A stretch of DNA of 39,941 nt from Octopus sinensis (Eukaryota), in NCBI RefSeq assembly GCF_006345805.1, contig NW_021835843.1, positions 1 to 39,941 of the forward strand. The letters run 5' to 3'. Each line of letters begins with the position of its first letter. Within the stretch, counting starts at the first letter, position 1. Below are positions 35,813 through 39,941 of the stretch, piece by piece. A program made the translations under genes and the position numbers. The notes beneath the pieces are model-generated. The model did no database searches. It was not told the origin of the DNA and saw only the letters and a program-made list of their open reading frames with translations.

Positions 35813-37105
35813 TATTTTTAAAGCGATATATTGTCACCCAAATGTATTTACACAGAATCATACATTTTCCCCTACAAAACCACTTTAAAATCTCTTCGAG
35901 AAGTGGTTGATGAACATAACTACATTTGTTTTTTCTACAAGATCTCCTTGTAAAATAAGAGTGTGCCTTATACACCGAGAGATAATCATGAGAATATTAA
36001 ATTTAATGCTTTGTAAAACTGTATAAAACTGTGAAAGAGTACAGCAGGGTTCACAACCACCTCCTGCCGGAGCCCAGATGCCACGCAGTGGGACTGAACC
36101 CGGAACCATGTGGTTGGTTAGCAAGCTACTTACCACACAGCCACTCCTGCGCCTATATGTATATTATTAAAATATTGTAAAATTATTTTTATAATTTGTA
36201 TATATTTAGTTTATTGTAAATGCAAAACAACACCACGGAGGAATCGACGTAAGCGTAAATAATAAACCGCGATAAGTGAACCGAGATATGGCGAGGGATT
36301 ATTGTAATTACAATCGATTATGTATATAATATAAATGTGTGTGTGTATGTGTGTGTGTGTGTGGTGTGTGTGTGTGTGTGTGTTTGTTTGTCCTAACCCA
36401 TCATCACTTGGCAACCGATGTTGGTGTGTTTACGTCCCCATAATATAGCAGTCGGGTAAAAAGAGAAAAATAGTACCAGGCTTAACAAAAAGAAGAACGA
36501 TTTGTCCGACTAAAATTCTTCAAGGCAGTGCCCTAGTATGGCCGCAGTCTAATGATTGAAATAAGTAAAAAGATATTTTTAAAGCGATATATTGTCACCC
36601 AAATGTATTTACACAGAATCATACATTTTCCCCTACAAAACCACTTTAAAATCTCTTTCGAGAAGTGGTTGATGAAACATAACTACATTTGTTTTTTCTA
36701 CAAGATCTCCTTGTAAAATAAGAGTGTGCCTTATACACCGAGAGATAATCATGAGAATATTAAATTTAATGCTTTGTAAAACTGTATAAAACTGTGAAAG
36801 AGTACAGCAGGGTTCACAACCACCTCCTGCCGGAGCCCAAGATGCCACGCAGTGGGACTGAACCCGGAACCATGTGGTTGGTTAGCAAGCTACTTACCAC
36901 ACAGCCACTCCTGCGCCTATATTGTATATTATTTAAAATATTGTAAAATTATTTTTATAATTTGTATATATTTAGTTTATTATAAATGCAAAACAACACC
37001 ACGGAGGAATCGACGTAAGCGTAAATAATAAACCGCGATAAGTGAACCGAGATATGGCGAGGGATTATTGTAATTACAATCGATTATGTATATATATAAA
37101 TGTGT

Positions 37106-37145
<40 letters not shown>

Positions 37146-37906
37146 TGTTTTTGTCTAACCCATCATCACTTGGCAACCGATGTTGGTGTGTTTACGTCCC
37201 CATAATATAGCAGTCGGGTAAAAAGAGAAAATAGTACCAGGCTTAACAAAAAGAAGAACGATTTGTCCGACTAAAATTCTTCAAGGCAGTGCCCTGTATG
37301 GCCGCAGTCTAATGATTGAAATAAGTAAAAAGATATTTTTAAAGCGATATATTGTCACCCAATGTATTTACACAGAATCATACATTTTCCCCTACAAAAC
37401 CACTTAAAATCTCTTCGAGAAGTGGTTGATGAAACATAACTACATTTGTTTTTTCTACAGATCTCCTGTAAAATAAGAGTGTGCCTTTACACACCGAGAA
37501 TAATCATGAGAATATTAAATTTAATGCTTTGTAAAACTGTATAAAACTGTGGAAAGAGTACAGCAGGGTTCACAACCACTCCTGCCGCCGGAGCCCAAGA
37601 TGCCACGCAGTGGGACTGACCCCGGAACCATGTGGTTGGTTAGCAAGCTACTTACCACACAGCCACTCCTGCGCCTATATGTATATTATTTAAAATTTGT
37701 AAAATTATTTTTATAATTTGTATATATTTAGTTTATTATAAATGCAAAACAACACCACGGAGAATCGACGTAAGCGTAAATAATAACCGCGATAAGTGAA
37801 CCGAGATATGGCGAGGGATTATTGTAATTACAATCGATATGTATATAATATAAATGTGGTGTGTGTAGTGTGTGTGTGTGTGTGTGTTGTGGTGTGTGTG
37901 TGTGTG
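35621..37906. repeat. Three tandem copies of a ~760-bp unit bounded by (GT)n tracts
   Basis: cctaacccat at 35631 and 36392 (period 761), with a third copy at ~37155. The copies differ mainly by single-base homopolymer indels. Confidence 0.95.
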
Positions 37907-38164
37907 CCTAAAGCATTATCAGTGACAATTCAAATAGTCATTCCTCCTACAACTATAACTGCCGGAGGAATGACTATTTGAAATGTCACTGATATTGATT
38001 TCTATTATTCTTTCAAATGTAGTCTACTCTGTTCATCCGTAATAGTCTATTCCGAAATAATATGTAACATTGTATGTAGATATGCATTTTACTCGTGAAT
38101 CTGCATTGTTTAACAGGATATACTATACTGTGCACTAATGCAAAATTATTTGTTGTGCCGCAAC

Positions 38165-38191
38165 AGATAGATAGCTAACTAGCTGGCTAGC

Positions 38192-38283
<92 letters not shown>

Positions 38284-38287
38284 CATC

Positions 38288-38331
<44 letters not shown>

Positions 38332-38378
38332 CATACATACATACATACATACATACATACATACATACATAGATAGAT

Positions 38379-38450
<72 letters not shown>
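38165..38450. repeat. (GATA)n-(CATA)n-(GA)n microsatellite
   Basis: Directly visible. Confidence 0.97.
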
Positions 38451-38452
<2 letters not shown>

Positions 38453-39179
38453 GAAAAATGTTTTGGAAATTGAAAATGAACACTTGACTATAAATTGACT
38501 AAACTCAAATAAGAATTAAACTTTATGCAAAAAGCTCACTCGAAATCTATCAGCAGTCTACAGAGAGCCTATGGAATAATCTATAAAAAAAAATGACTGA
38601 TGCTTCTTCTAAGGAGATGCGAGTTCATTCTGGAGAAAAAATTGGAGCGATAAGAATGATCTGATTTGGTTTCAAAAATTCCAACGAATTATTGTCCCTG
38701 TATTACACTTAAAGCATGTAGTTATGTTACTAGATGTTTAAGTAGATGCCAGGGGGGAGAAAGAACTGGCATTCTTAGGCAAATAAAGTAACTAATATAC
38801 TCTGCAAATATAATCTGTAAGCTAAACAGTGAAAGTAAGGAAGGATTTTCTGAAATTCAGCTTGCAACTTTTCACCGTTATCATCAAAACTGCGATGATA
38901 TAGTTTTGTTCTTTTGAAAGAAAATAACTTCCTTCTGCATCAGAAGAATTAAAAAATTTATACTCCATATCTGTTTTTCACAAATAATATTATTTTTTAA
39001 GCCCCAGTATTACAACATTGGTTAATAATATGAGACCAATTCCTTCTCTATTAGAGAAATTAATGAATTATTAATAGAGAAAAATAGTATTTAGAGAAAT
39101 AAATACTCTCTTCCTGATTGGCGATTTGCTATTTACTTTGACTAACAACCTGATTCGTAGAGAAGAAAGGATGTATAAT

Positions 39180-39209
39180 GTAATAATATAATATATAATA
39201 TTTTTTTAC

Positions 39210-39256
<47 letters not shown>

Positions 39257-39449
39257 TATATACATATATATATACATGTATGTATTAAAAACAAACACTA
39301 TATAAATGTATATGCATACATACAGTTACATATACATGTTTATAGACAGATAGACAGATAAAGACATCTATATATATATATGTATATATATATGTATATA
39401 TATATACATACATATATATGTTGCACCCTTTCAATCTCATAGACACTTC

Positions 39450-39545
<96 letters not shown>
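39180..39545. repeat. (CA)n/(TA)n/(CT)n compound microsatellite
   Basis: Directly visible. Confidence 0.95.
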
Positions 39546-39548
<3 letters not shown>

Positions 39549-39941
39549 ATAAGACCACATTAATAGTATTCGTCCAGGGACACATTCAGAACCAAAAACA
39601 TAATAAAGTTTGTTTACCTCATACGACAATAAATATAAATAACAGTGGGAACATATAAGTTGGTTTATGTCCCCCTTTAATTGAATATTGTCAAGAACCA
39701 AATTCGTTTTGCCTCCAATAACAAATATTTGCTTTTGCCATCTTTCTTTTTTTTTTCTTTTTTCCTTTTCTTTTTCTTCTTTTCACGTATAAAAATAATT
39801 TCAAACGACAGACCTGAATAAAAAAAATAATAATTTGAACACATTAAAAAAATAAATGCGACATGAATAGGAAGTTCTAAATACACATTAAAAAGTAGAT
39901 AATTATTATACTATGTTCTGTGGCTGCTGAAACTACCATGT

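Noticed and set aside
35621-37906. Regularly spaced repeats suggesting a CRISPR-like array
   Set aside because: Whole units are duplicated with no variable spacers, there are no cas genes and the context is eukaryotic.

Overview
AT-rich, repeat-dominated eukaryotic DNA. The repeat repertoire resembles what I recall from octopus (coleoid cephalopod) genomes; this is an inference, not a database result. No intact protein-coding gene, rRNA, true tRNA or CRISPR array is supported, and nearly all ORFs in the supplied track are translations of microsatellites or SINEs. The window holds a decayed, internally rearranged Ty3/Gypsy LTR retrotransposon (2.7-6.2 kb), a LINE ORF1 remnant, the 3' end of an RLE-type LINE and a mariner transposase fragment. 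It also holds more than 25 copies of at least four tRNA-derived SINE families (labelled A-D by me), many compound microsatellites, a fold-back at the window start, an 84-bp TIR element and a 3 x ~760 bp tandem array. The most interesting signal is a tRNA-headed SINE (my family G) whose 3' part carries a minimal, Penelope-type hammerhead ribozyme motif. It sits in an inverted-duplication insertion flanked by a 13-bp target-site duplication, and a second repeat family (F) has the same hammerhead architecture. There are weaker, speculative signs of a minus-strand host gene: a 27-nt microexon, a 106-nt exon and an AG|GTAAGT recursive-splice-like site between them. Coordinates of degenerate repeats are approximate to about 10-20 bp.
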